Positions 1-8,059 are shown, numbered from the stretch's first letter. The stretch is 37,468 bases of DNA from a virus (IMGVR_UViG_3300034279_000888:1-37468); one strand, 5' to 3'. The notes: a model not told the origin generated them from the sequence alone. Numbers and translations are program-made.

Positions 1-278
1 CGCAGGCGTCGATGCGCCACGTCGTCGGGGTCGTCGGTGTCCCTGGCGTCGGCGATCCGCAGGCACTCGCTCGCCAGCCGGTCGGCGGCATCGCGGCGCG
101 CATCGGCCAACGCGGCGGCGAACGCGGGGTCGGCCTTTCTCCGCCCCTTCACCGCCCCCTCCGTCGGCATCCCCGGACGTAACGCTATTTCGGCAAGGGA
201 CTTGCCTTCCGCCACAAGCGCAACAACCGCCGCCGCAAGATCGGGAGACCATGCACTATGTTGCAGTTCGCCGGGCAT
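1..278 (-). CDS. terS: Terminase small subunit (runs off the left edge)
   Basis: Manual translation from ATG at 278: MPGELQHSAWSPDLAAAVVALVAEGKSLAEIALRPGMPTEGAVKGRRKADPAFAAALADARRDAADRLASECLRIAD...DDVAHRRL. This fits the Sf6 gp1-type TerS pattern (G.SL..I....GMP; F......AR...AD.L..E.L.IAD). Not in the ORF track because the stop lies outside the window. Confidence 0.85.
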   Translation of the reverse strand, partial: MPGELQHSAWSPDLAAAVVALVAEGKSLAEIALRPGMPTEGAVKGRRKADPAFAAALADARRDAADRLASECLRIADARDTDDPDDVAHRRL

Positions 279-347
279 AGCCGGCGATATAGTGCAGGAT
301 TCGTCGCGACGATGCGCCCCACGATACGGGCGGGGCGGGGCGGGCCG

Positions 348-566
348 CTATTCGTCGGCGGCTTCCCACGCGGCTTGCGACACCTCGCGCCACACTGCGG
401 CGATTGCGTCGCGGCGGGTCCGGTAGCCACCCGACCACACAAGGCCGATAGGGCAATCGTCAGGCGTGTAGTGCCAGTCGCCTTCGTGCCCCGCCGCGAC
501 GCCGTGGCGGCTAGGCATCCTCGCCTCGCGAGCGTGATACACGCGCCAGCCTTGCGGGGGCTTCAC
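348..566 (-). CDS. Hypothetical protein (72 aa, MKPPQGWRVYH...)
   Basis: GTG at 566 overlaps the TGA of the upstream gene (GTGA coupling); 3' part of ORF 348..845. Confidence 0.55.
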   Translation of the reverse strand: MKPPQGWRVYHAREARMPSRHGVAAGHEGDWHYTPDDCPIGLVWSGGYRTRRDAIAAVWREVSQAAWEAADE

Positions 567-808
567 TGCGCGCCCCCGATGCGGCCCCAGTGAGCCACGG
601 TATCGGCGTCGGGCGTCCACGGCGTGCCGACTTCCGCATGGCGTCCGTTGCTGTTCACCTTGCGGGCGAGGATGCCGGAACGTGCCCGACGCAACTGCAA
701 AAGGCACACGCCACCATGCGCCCGCCGGTCTTCGTCGCGGGACACGGGGCCGGAGTAGCCGACGATCGCCACGGTACGCCAACGGTGGCCGATGCGGGGC
801 GGGATCAT
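563..808 (-). CDS. Hypothetical protein (81 aa)
   Basis: ATGA overlap with the upstream gene; same operon direction. Confidence 0.6.
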   Translation of the reverse strand: MIPPRIGHRWRTVAIVGYSGPVSRDEDRRAHGGVCLLQLRRARSGILARKVNSNGRHAEVGTPWTPDADTVAHWGRIGGAQ

Positions 809-1122
809 GCGTGCCCCCGTGCGAACCGCAGGGCCGCGTACACAATGCCGGCGTCTAGCATCGCGTCCCCCGTCGGTTCGTCATCCGTGCGGGCAAGGTA
901 GCGGCGGTCCGTGGCGGGGGCGAGGGCGAGCAACAGCAGGGCGTGGCATTCCCAGCACGCCGGCACGGCGACGGTTCCGCCGGGTCCGTAGCGTCTTTCA
1001 TCGTACAGGTGCGCGACGGTTCGCGCATCGTGCTCGCAACGCCCTCCAAGGATGGCGGATGCGGCGCACGGGACGGGGGAAACGCCAAGCAAGGCGTGAC
1101 GATCGGTCGAACGGTCTAGCAT
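805..1122 (-). CDS. Hypothetical protein (105 aa) with two CxxC motifs
   Basis: SD GGGAG before ATG; CAAS/CEH and CWEC cysteine motifs (only CWEC is a strict CxxC); coupled to the next gene. Confidence 0.6.
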   Translation of the reverse strand: MLDRSTDRHALLGVSPVPCAASAILGGRCEHDARTVAHLYDERRYGPGGTVAVPACWECHALLLLALAPATDRRYLARTDDEPTGDAMLDAGIVYAALRFARGHA

Positions 1123-1194
1123 CGGTCTACTCCCGCGCCCTAGGTGAACCGCCCCCGCCGTGGGCGCAACCGGCGGGGCGGGGGGAAACTTAAC

Positions 1195-1938
1195 CTACAG
1201 GTTGCCGGGTTGCAAGGGGGCGAAGTTTGGCGCGCCGCTACCGTGCGCCACGATCGCGACGTGGGGCTTCCTCGCCGACGCGCCGTCGCAAATCCGGCAC
1301 GCGGCGCAGGTCGTCCCACGCGTCACCGCCGGGCAGGGGACCACGCGGCGCGCCCCTTCCTCGCCCGGCAGGAATCGCGGCATGGCGTCATCCGTCGGCA
1401 CCACAAGAAAGGCGCGCCAACCCTGCGCCGCCGCTTCCGCCGCTTCGCCGATTGAATCGCACGATGCCATGGCAAGATGCCGCAGGTCGGGCCGCGTGCG
1501 CCACTGGTGCGTGTAGCCGGTCCGGGGGACCGCAGCGGCGGCGGACCATACGCTAGCGGGAACCGCCCCCGGATCCCCGTAGGCTCCAAGCCGCAGGGGG
1601 ACCGGATGCCACGCCACTACTTGCGCCAGCGTGGCCACCGGATAGCGGCCCCGCCGCCATGCGCGGAAGACGGACAGGGGAGCCTGCCCGACGTTAACGT
1701 AGCACGATCGACCGCGCCCTTCCGCCGGATCGCCCCGGTGGATGCACGCGCCGCATATCGCGGCATCGTCGCCGGACCGGACCGCCGCGACGGGGTCCAT
1801 ATCCTGGCGCAGGATCCAGCTTTGCAGCATCGCGCCCGTCTTGCGGTTGAGCGACCGCAACGTCACGATGACAACGACGGGCGCACCGTCGATCACGCTG
1901 GCACCGCGCCAAACTTCGTAGCCGGTAGGATTAGCCAT
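1195..1938 (-). CDS. Conserved Cys-rich phage protein (Gp88/DUF7227-like; possible Fe-S enzyme), 247 aa
   Basis: Start reassigned to ATG 1938 (SD AAGGGGGG). Motifs NRKTG.M.Q.WIL, ICGACIHR..SCYV, LRLGAYGDP, TGYTHQW, MASCDS, CPA..CAACRIC..VAIVAHG recall a widespread phage family. Confidence 0.75.
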   Translation of the reverse strand: MANPTGYEVWRGASVIDGAPVVVIVTLRSLNRKTGAMLQSWILRQDMDPVAAVRSGDDAAICGACIHRGDPAEGRGRSCYVNVGQAPLSVFRAWRRGRYPVATLAQVVAWHPVPLRLGAYGDPGAVPASVWSAAAAVPRTGYTHQWRTRPDLRHLAMASCDSIGEAAEAAAQGWRAFLVVPTDDAMPRFLPGEEGARRVVPCPAVTRGTTCAACRICDGASARKPHVAIVAHGSGAPNFAPLQPGNL

Positions 1939-2164
1939 GGTTCCCCCCTTGCCGCAGAACGGCCACGGGATCCGCCCCGGTAGCGGCGACGATCGCGGCA
2001 ACGCTCGACACTAGCGGGCAATCGGTCGCCGTTTCGATGCGGGACACCGCTTGCCGGCTCAAGCCGGCGGCATCGGCAACGTCGGCTTGCGACAAACCGG
2101 CGGCAAGCCGGGCGTCGCGGAGCGTCGCGCCCAGGGCCGCCAAGCTGTAGGCGTAGGCTTTCAT
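1931..2164 (-). CDS. XRE-family HTH transcriptional regulator (77 aa)
   Basis: LRDARLAAGLSQADVADAAGLSRQAVSRIET is a canonical HTH_3 motif; ATGA coupling at 2161-2164. Confidence 0.9.
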   Translation of the reverse strand: MKAYAYSLAALGATLRDARLAAGLSQADVADAAGLSRQAVSRIETATDCPLVSSVAAIVAATGADPVAVLRQGGNHG

Positions 2165-2631
2165 GCTTCGCCCCCCCCGTATCCAAGGGCGTTGCTCCAC
2201 CGATCGGCCCCGGCGTTGCTTCCACGGGCGAGGATCGCCAGGATGTTCGCGACATCTTCGGCAAGGGAGTATTCGGCGTCGGTCGTTTCCGCCCGCGCCG
2301 AGAAAAGGCCGCCCAGGTTGAGATTGCGCCCGAACGCGAACTGAAGTTGCCGCCACAAGGCGCGGGCGAGGGGCGAGCCGTCGCGGGGGATGCTGCGGCG
2401 CAGCGTCCAATCCCTAGTCGAGCACGTCGCGAGCGCGGCGGGAAGACCATGCGCCGACAAGTTGCCGCCTACTTGCGCCGCCGCCATTACGGCGGCTTCG
2501 AGCACGGGCGCGCCGCGCATCATGCCGTCGGCCACGGCAAGGGCGAAGGGCCGCCACCATGCACGAGCGTGCAACCCTGGGGAATCTGGAACCGGCGCGG
2601 GCGCGCCCGTAGTGTTTTCGTCGTGATGCAT
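2161..2631 (-). CDS. Hypothetical protein (156 aa)
   Basis: SD AGGAG upstream of ATG; first gene after the promoter at 2696-2724. Confidence 0.7.
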   Translation of the reverse strand: MHHDENTTGAPAPVPDSPGLHARAWWRPFALAVADGMMRGAPVLEAAVMAAAQVGGNLSAHGLPAALATCSTRDWTLRRSIPRDGSPLARALWRQLQFAFGRNLNLGGLFSARAETTDAEYSLAEDVANILAILARGSNAGADRWSNALGYGGGEA

Positions 2632-2695
2632 CGGATCGGAACTCCTGCCGCCCCCCTACGGGGCGGGGCCGCGCGGCTAGCGGGCGGCGAGCGTG

Positions 2696-2724
2696 ACGAT
2701 AGGAAGTCGCCCCCGGGTTGTCAA
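2696..2724 (-). promoter_or_regulatory. Sigma70-type promoter TTGACA-N17-TATCGT with the -35 inside an inverted repeat
   Basis: Perfect -35 (2719-2724), 17-bp spacer, -10 TATCGT (2696-2701), A8 tract upstream; inverted repeat 2708-2735. Confidence 0.7.
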
Positions 2725-2742
2725 CCCCGGGGGCGTTTTTTT

Positions 2743-3048
2743 TCAGGCGTTGACCACGGCGACCGAATCGAGTGGCGCGACGAACTCGCTACCGTCGGCA
2801 CGCGTCACCGTCACCGCACCGTCCCACGCGTCGCGGTTCCAGTCCCGCCATTCGCCCAGTTCGTAAAGGTTGACATTCCAGGCGACGGTGACGCGGCGGG
2901 CGCGGCCCCGCACGAAAGTCCGGGCCGACTCTTTTGCGGCGGCGGCGGCGGCGGCTTCCCGAGTCGCCCCGTAAGCCCATACCGTAGCCGCGCCGACGAA
3001 CACCAAACCGGCCCACGGTCGGGCCGTGGCCTTTTTCTTGCGTTGCAT
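2743..3048 (-). CDS. Hypothetical protein with N-terminal hydrophobic segment (101 aa)
   Basis: ATG 3048 with SD AAGGGAG; MQRKKK then WAGLVFVGAATVWAY. Confidence 0.6.
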   Translation of the reverse strand: MQRKKKATARPWAGLVFVGAATVWAYGATREAAAAAAAKESARTFVRGRARRVTVAWNVNLYELGEWRDWNRDAWDGAVTVTRADGSEFVAPLDSVAVVNA

Positions 3049-3103
3049 CGTAACTCCCTTGTGAAAGAAACTGTCCAGGGCGCATCCCCGGTCAGATGCC
3101 CCC

Positions 3104-3131
3104 ATTATAACACGGAACCCGTAGATTGCAA
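3104..3131 (-). promoter_or_regulatory. Sigma70-type promoter TTGCAA-N16-TATAAT with extended -10 (TGn)
   Basis: TGtTATAAT perfect extended -10 in a GC-rich genome; palindrome CGGGAAT-A-ATTCCCG directly upstream (3132-3146). Confidence 0.75.
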
Positions 3132-3181
3132 CGGGAATAATTCCCGATCCTGTACCGGGTTTGTAACAAACGGCGTTAGGG

Positions 3182-3241
3182 TTTTATTTGTTAGCCTTCC
3201 GTTCGTTCGGGTTCCGTTCGTTCGCCTTGTGTTCGTTCGCC
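3182..3241. repeat. 15-bp tandem repeat (3 good copies plus 1 degenerate)
   Basis: ttttatttgttagcc / ttccgttcgttcggg / ttccgttcgttcgcc / ttgtgttcgttcgcc. Confidence 0.8.
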
Positions 3242-3374
3242 ATCCGTTGGCGCGGCAGAACGCCCAGGCTCGCCCGCTCCAGGTTCGACCGGCGGCCCTC
3301 GAAACCCGATCAGCCGCGCCGGCTTTGCCGACAAGGGGAGTGCGGCACCTGTTCAGCCGTCGAACGTGTGCAGC

Positions 3375-3710
3375 TTAGGGGAGTGCGGCGATTCTTTCGG
3401 CCAAGTCGGGCCGGTGGATGACGGGCGGCTTGGGCTTGCCTCTGCGCTTCTTGCCCTTGTTCGGGTAGGGGTTGTCGGTATCGACCCATCGCCACTCGAC
3501 GGCGAGCGTATTGCGCCGCGCCATGGACAGGATCGACTTGACGGTGTTGGGGTTTAGCTCAAACTGCGCCGCCAGCCTGCGCCAACCCAGCCCCCAGTTC
3601 TCGTTGAGGTCGCGGAGCTTCTGCACCAGCGAGTCGGTGATCTTAGCTCGGTGGTGATGCTGGCCGCACTTGTTGCCCAAGCGGCTGACCTTGATCCGCA
3701 CAATCGCCAT
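3375..3710 (-). CDS. HTH DNA-binding protein (111 aa)
   Basis: GQHHHRAKITDSLVQKLR...RRLAAQFELNPNTVKSIL resembles the G..H..AKLT...V..IR HTH module of HNH-associated phage proteins; SD GGAGG. Confidence 0.75.
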   Translation of the reverse strand: MAIVRIKVSRLGNKCGQHHHRAKITDSLVQKLRDLNENWGLGWRRLAAQFELNPNTVKSILSMARRNTLAVEWRWVDTDNPYPNKGKKRRGKPKPPVIHRPDLAERIAALP

Positions 3711-3876
3711 GGTGACCTCCCTGCGTGAAGCAGCCGGAGCACACCTGTAGGCGATCGCCGTTCCAGCGGCGGGCGGTCAAGCCCATGCCGCCCATTCTGC
3801 GCCCGCAGGCTTCACAGCAATCGTCAGTCGTGCTCACGGTGCCGGCAAGTGTGCGCCGACACCGCGAGCGTGTCAA

Positions 3877-4731
3877 TCACTGAGCGTCGAGGAAGTCCTC
3901 GGGGCGCGGGGCGTTGGGGTGGTCTTCCATCGGGGGAGCCGAGGGCGGCGTCGCCTCTTCGATGCCGATGCCGATCTTGGCCTTCAGGGCCGCCATCGGA
4001 TTGACCGGAGCCTGATCGACCGGCTTGGGCTTGAGGTCGTAGGTCTCGTTGTCCGCCTCGACCACGGAGTCTAGGTCCGCCGAGGAAGGCAACCGCTTCA
4101 TCAGGCGGCGCAGGACGGTCTTCTTGGCCATCTCCTCGTACCAGCTAGCCCACGGGCCGGCGTCCTTGGCGCGGCTGACGTTGCGGACCTTCTCGATCTC
4201 GTCCAGGCTCATCACCTCGCGGTAGATGCCGCCGTCCTTCGTCTTCGCCACGGCGTAGGCGGCGATCACGCGACCACGGTCGCCGTCGAGGCGCGGCTTG
4301 TGGACGATGCGCTCCTCGTCCCCGAGTTCGTAGTCGAAGGTGTCGTGCTCGTGGACGGTGTGCGCCGAGATCGACTTCAGTTCGCCCGAGTTGCGGAGCT
4401 TCTTGAGAAGCCCGCCGATCATGGGCATATACTGCACCTGGGGGCCGTTCTTGGTGCGGAAAACGACCGGGGCAGCCTCGCGCCCGTCGAGCAGCAACCC
4501 GTCCTGGGCCGCCTTCATGGCGGTGGCGAACAGGCTGCGCCGGTCGCACTCCAGAAGCTGGGGGTTCATCTGGACGGTCGTGATGACCGTGCGAACGAAC
4601 TTGCCCACCGGAATCTGCGGCGGCAGCGCGACGGCGAACTCGCGCTCCATGGTTTGAAGGGTCTGACGGAAGCCCTCGATGGGCGTGATAGCGCGGGTCT
4701 GTGCCGGCGCGGGAACGTTGCTTTCGGTCAT
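3877..4731 (-). CDS. recT: RecT-family single-strand annealing protein, copy 1 (284 aa)
   Basis: AAQDGLLLDGREAA, YMPMIGGLLKKLRNSG, GPW..WYEEMAKKTVLRRLMKRLPSS; start reassigned to ATG 4731. Confidence 0.95.
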   Translation of the reverse strand: MTESNVPAPAQTRAITPIEGFRQTLQTMEREFAVALPPQIPVGKFVRTVITTVQMNPQLLECDRRSLFATAMKAAQDGLLLDGREAAPVVFRTKNGPQVQYMPMIGGLLKKLRNSGELKSISAHTVHEHDTFDYELGDEERIVHKPRLDGDRGRVIAAYAVAKTKDGGIYREVMSLDEIEKVRNVSRAKDAGPWASWYEEMAKKTVLRRLMKRLPSSADLDSVVEADNETYDLKPKPVDQAPVNPMAALKAKIGIGIEEATPPSAPPMEDHPNAPRPEDFLDAQ

Positions 4732-4733
4732 GG

Positions 4734-5666
4734 TCACTTCTTCTTGGTGAGGCGGAAGGCTCGGTAGCCCGAGCGAGCGTTGATCGTCTGCCCGACCATC
4801 TCGGGCGTGATGATCTTGCCTGCGCTGCCGGCGACGACGCCGCAGGAGATGGTGGCGAAGCGGGAGCGGATCTTGCTGGCGGTGCCGGCGTCGTACAGGA
4901 TCGCGGCCTTGCCGGCCTCGACTTGCGACTCCCAATGCGCCGCCTGCTCTTGCGCGTGCAGCAGCGTGGCGATCTTGGCTTCCAGCTTCTCGTCGGCGTC
5001 GAGCACCTTGCCGTCATCGACGTTCATCAGAAGGCGGCGCACTTCGTCGGCGTCGCGCTCAAAGTCTGGCTTCGGCGGAGCGTCATCTTCGATGCTGCGC
5101 CAGAAGCCGGCCACTTGGCTTTGGATCGCGTCATGGACTTGCTTGTCGGCCTCGCGGTGCAGGATGTGCGCGCTGTTGCCGCCGGCAAGCACGACGATGC
5201 AGCCCCAGGTGAGGCCAGAGACGAGGAGCTGCGCCTGAAGCTGCAACTCAACACACATCGGGGCGATAAGCGACTCGCCCTCGCCGTGCCACTGGTCGAG
5301 GAAGATGTGCTTGTCCACGTTCTTGACCTCGATGAGGCCAAGCTGACCATCGCGCTCCGCTTGGAAGTCGAACGACGCGCCTAGGCGAAGCCCTGGCAGC
5401 CTCTCGTAGACTTTGCGCGGGCTGGCCTTCCAGCCTTGGTCCTCTGCGACGCCGAGGGCGATGGCCGACTCCAAGCGACGGCCCCACTTCATGCGCTCGT
5501 TGTCGGTCTTGGTTGCGACCTCGCCCGCCTTCTTGCGGTGCCAAAGCTCGTAGACGGTGGTGTACGGGGAAGCGTCGAACAGGGCGGCGACCTCGGTCGA
5601 GGTCACATCGTGCGCTCGCGCCTTGAGCCACGCCTGTTCGTCGGTGACGGGTGTGCTTTCACGCAT
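4734..5666 (-). CDS. YqaJ-like viral recombinase/exonuclease, copy 1 (310 aa)
   Basis: WLKAR...TSTEVAALF..SPY.T..ELW..K, MKWGRRLE, GASFD...IEVK, QLQAQL; SD AAGGAG before ATG 5666. Confidence 0.93.
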   Translation of the reverse strand: MRESTPVTDEQAWLKARAHDVTSTEVAALFDASPYTTVYELWHRKKAGEVATKTDNERMKWGRRLESAIALGVAEDQGWKASPRKVYERLPGLRLGASFDFQAERDGQLGLIEVKNVDKHIFLDQWHGEGESLIAPMCVELQLQAQLLVSGLTWGCIVVLAGGNSAHILHREADKQVHDAIQSQVAGFWRSIEDDAPPKPDFERDADEVRRLLMNVDDGKVLDADEKLEAKIATLLHAQEQAAHWESQVEAGKAAILYDAGTASKIRSRFATISCGVVAGSAGKIITPEMVGQTINARSGYRAFRLTKKK

Positions 5667-5716
5667 CTTGGTTCTCCTTGTCGTCCTTGGTGATGAGGTC
5701 AGCGACCCACGAGAGG

Positions 5717-6001
5717 TCATCCATTCTTCTTCCACTTCTCGTGGGCGAAGATGGACTGGTAGCCATGGCCGTGGACCTCCGCATACCTCTGGATGGCATC
5801 CATGAGGCCAATGTGGGAATGCAGGATCTGGCCCGCAAAAAACGCATCATCCGCGTTCAAGTTGCCGCGTAGGCCCAGAACCTGCCGCAGCGCGCACAGG
5901 CTCGGCCACAGCTTCAGCAGCAACTCGCACAAGTCGCCATTGGTCTGCAAAAGTTCGACCAAGAGAGCGGTCGAAAGCTCGTTGTTTTGCATCTCGCTCA
6001 T
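5717..6001 (-). CDS. Hypothetical protein (94 aa)
   Basis: First ORF of the leftward recombination operon, directly after a promoter-like motif. Confidence 0.6.
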   Translation of the reverse strand: MSEMQNNELSTALLVELLQTNGDLCELLLKLWPSLCALRQVLGLRGNLNADDAFFAGQILHSHIGLMDAIQRYAEVHGHGYQSIFAHEKWKKNG

Positions 6002-6076
6002 GCCCTTGCATGAATACGCAGGAGGGCCTTCGGCAGCAAGTGGAAACCGAAAGAAATCTTGCTACTCTACGCAGGC
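6002..6076. promoter_or_regulatory. Divergent promoter region 1
   Basis: Minus: TTGCTG(6034-6039)-N17-TATTCA(6011-6016)-N9-ATG. Plus: TGc-TACTCT(6063-6068)-N8-ATG. Confidence 0.5.
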
Positions 6077-6283
6077 ATGAAGCAACCTACGCTGGAACAA
6101 CTGCTTGAGCGCGTCGATGGCACCTGGGACGAAGTGGCCGAGGAACTCGGCGTCTCGACGCGCACGCTCTACAACCTTCGGCTTGGCAAGGTGAAGCCGC
6201 ATCGGGCTACCCTGCTGGCAATCGCGCACTACCTAGAAGTGACTCCTGCTGCCGTCCAGAAGGCGATCGCAGCAGGAGGCTAG
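6077..6283 (+). CDS. Cro/XRE-like HTH regulator (68 aa)
   Basis: TWDEVAEELGVSTRTLYNLRLGKVKP...LLAIAHYLEV; no SD, possibly leaderless. Confidence 0.85.
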   Translation: MKQPTLEQLLERVDGTWDEVAEELGVSTRTLYNLRLGKVKPHRATLLAIAHYLEVTPAAVQKAIAAGG

Positions 6284-6699
6284 GCTTGTAGCTCTTGGAT
6301 GTGGACATCGACGCCGGTCGGGCGGCCCACGGGGGCATACCACTTCGACGCCATGAGAACGGTCACCTGATCGTCGTCCTCCCACCACTCGTGCAAGGCG
6401 TCGAGGACCGCCTTCGCCAAGTTGTCGATGTCCGGCTTGCTGGTGTGCGGGCGGGCCTTCTCGCCTGCGTACTTGCGAGCCTGCAACGCACGAGGGCGAG
6501 GCATCCAGAACACCAGCCGCACCAGTAGCGGACCCGTCAGCAAGGCCGATGGCTTGGCGGTCAGCGACGCCGAGGCGACTGCCGCCTTCCAGGCATCAGC
6601 AACGCTCGGCGTGTAGATCCTAACGAACTTGCCGCGACGAGTTGCCTTGACGCGAGGCTGGCCTTTCGGCTCGCCTTCCGCGAAGAAGTGGTAGCTCAC
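6280..6699 (-). CDS. rusA: RusA-family Holliday junction resolvase, copy 1
   Basis: GEPKGQPR, F.MPRP, KPDIDNLAKAVLDAL..WWEDDDQV with catalytic Asp residues. Confidence 0.92.
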   Translation of the reverse strand: MSYHFFAEGEPKGQPRVKATRRGKFVRIYTPSVADAWKAAVASASLTAKPSALLTGPLLVRLVFWMPRPRALQARKYAGEKARPHTSKPDIDNLAKAVLDALHEWWEDDDQVTVLMASKWYAPVGRPTGVDVHIQELQA

Positions 6700-6875
6700 T
6701 TACATGCCCGCTGGATCGCGGCAAGGCACTCCTGCGCGTCGATCCGCACCTGAGCAAGAGCCTTGCGGTACTGCGTCGCGTGCAGGAACACTCTCCGACC
6801 TCTCACTTCGACCCACACCGTGGCGTACAAAGCGGCCCGATTGGGCGTCTCCCGCATGTCGTAACCGTAGATCAT
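6696..6875 (-). CDS. Hypothetical protein (59 aa)
   Basis: ATGA/GTGA overlaps at both ends. Confidence 0.6.
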   Translation of the reverse strand: MIYGYDMRETPNRAALYATVWVEVRGRRVFLHATQYRKALAQVRIDAQECLAAIQRACK

Positions 6876-7261
6876 GGCTTGCCTTTCAGTTCTGCGATCT
6901 GCTTCTTGATGTCGTCGCGCTCCCACCACGTTGCAGCGCGGTGAAGCTGGTCGTACAGGCTCAACACAGCGTCAACGTGACCAGCGTTAGACGCTAGCTC
7001 CTCCTCGTTGCGGCGGCGGATCTTGGCTTCGCACTCCGTCGAACAGAACCGCCACTTCTTGCCGTGCGTGACCACGTTGCCGCAACCCTGGCACTTGCGC
7101 TCCTTGGCTGCTGCTCGCTTGAGCGACGCCAGCTTCCGCATGTTGCGGCACAGCCGGCAGAATCGCTTGGATGAGTTGCTGTCGAAGCCGATGGCGTTGG
7201 GCACCGTCAGATCGTGCCCGCGCTGGCAATGCGTCTTGCCCCGAAATCCTGCTCCGCTCAC
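6872..7261 (-). CDS. Zn-finger protein (129 aa)
   Basis: GTG start overlapping the upstream stop; KTHCQRGH...CRLC and CQGC...FCSTEC motifs. Confidence 0.7.
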   Translation of the reverse strand: MSGAGFRGKTHCQRGHDLTVPNAIGFDSNSSKRFCRLCRNMRKLASLKRAAAKERKCQGCGNVVTHGKKWRFCSTECEAKIRRRNEEELASNAGHVDAVLSLYDQLHRAATWWERDDIKKQIAELKGKP

Positions 7262-7470
7262 GGCCTCTGCCTCCCGATGTCGATCACGGTGAAGGATGCC
7301 AACTGCTGGCCAACGTAGTCCGCCAACTGCGTCGGCATGGCCATGATCGTCAGCCCCGCCACGCCGTCCTTGGTCGCGGCCTCGATGTCGATGCGACCGA
7401 TGTTGCTGCGCTCGGCTGCGTGCAGGGCGCGGAACAGGGCTTGCACAAGACTGTCGTCTGCGGTGCTCAT
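7258..7470 (-). CDS. Hypothetical protein (70 aa)
   Basis: ATGA coupling at 7467-7470. Confidence 0.6.
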   Translation of the reverse strand: MSTADDSLVQALFRALHAAERSNIGRIDIEAATKDGVAGLTIMAMPTQLADYVGQQLASFTVIDIGRQRP

Positions 7471-7847
7471 AATCCTGCCTTTTTGCGGTTCCATTCTTGT
7501 TGCAGTTCGCAGCCGCTTCGCATGTTGCACAGACAGTTCTTGCACTCTTCGTTCGGGTACGAGTTCTTGTCCAGCAACTTGTAGTGGGCTGCGCGCAAGC
7601 GGCGGTGCTCTTCACGCAGAGCGTCGAGCTTGGTTTGCAGACTGTGCTCCCGATTACTCGGGGTCGCGGCGATTTGAAGATCGGCTTGCAGGTTGCGGAC
7701 CAGTTGCCGCAATCGTTCGGCGTCCATCGTTTCGATGTCTTCGGACAAACGGTGCTCCTCGCACCGAGCGTTGCCGGCTTCGTCTCGGTGCGTCGCCGCC
7801 GCATCACAGCATACGCACGGCCACATCGGCCAGATTGGATTTCTCAC
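7467..7847 (-). CDS. Cys-rich coiled-coil hypothetical protein (126 aa)
   Basis: GTGA coupling; CVCC, CEEH, CKNC motifs. Confidence 0.6.
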   Translation of the reverse strand: MRNPIWPMWPCVCCDAAATHRDEAGNARCEEHRLSEDIETMDAERLRQLVRNLQADLQIAATPSNREHSLQTKLDALREEHRRLRAAHYKLLDKNSYPNEECKNCLCNMRSGCELQQEWNRKKAGL

Positions 7848-8059
7848 TTCTTCCCCCTCGCCCTCTTGGGCTTGATCGGCTCGACGGCGACGGTGACGCG
7901 CTGAATCACTTCCGCGTCCTCCAATGGGAGCCACCGGCTATCGGGAAGCCATTCCTTTGCGCTGCGTCGCGTCAGGAACAAGAGCGGTTCTGTTTCCGTT
8001 GACTGCAAGTTGCCGCGCTTTGAGAACAGGCCCCACGCCTTGAACGTCTGCTTCTTCAC
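7844..8059 (-). CDS. Hypothetical protein ending KPKRARGKK (71 aa)
   Basis: GTGA coupling at both ends. Confidence 0.65.
   Translation of the reverse strand: MKKQTFKAWGLFSKRGNLQSTETEPLLFLTRRSAKEWLPDSRWLPLEDAEVIQRVTVAVEPIKPKRARGKK

Noticed and set aside
3182-3241. CRISPR array
   Set aside because: Units are contiguous 15-mers without spacers; no cas genes
3643-3876. Small CxxC...CxxC ORF between recT and the HTH gene
   Set aside because: Plausible Zn-ribbon, but it overlaps the next gene by 68 nt and the start is unclear
5659-5724. 21-aa mini-ORF MDDLSWVADLITKDDKENQDA bridging two genes
   Set aside because: Too short to support; yqaJ has its own SD
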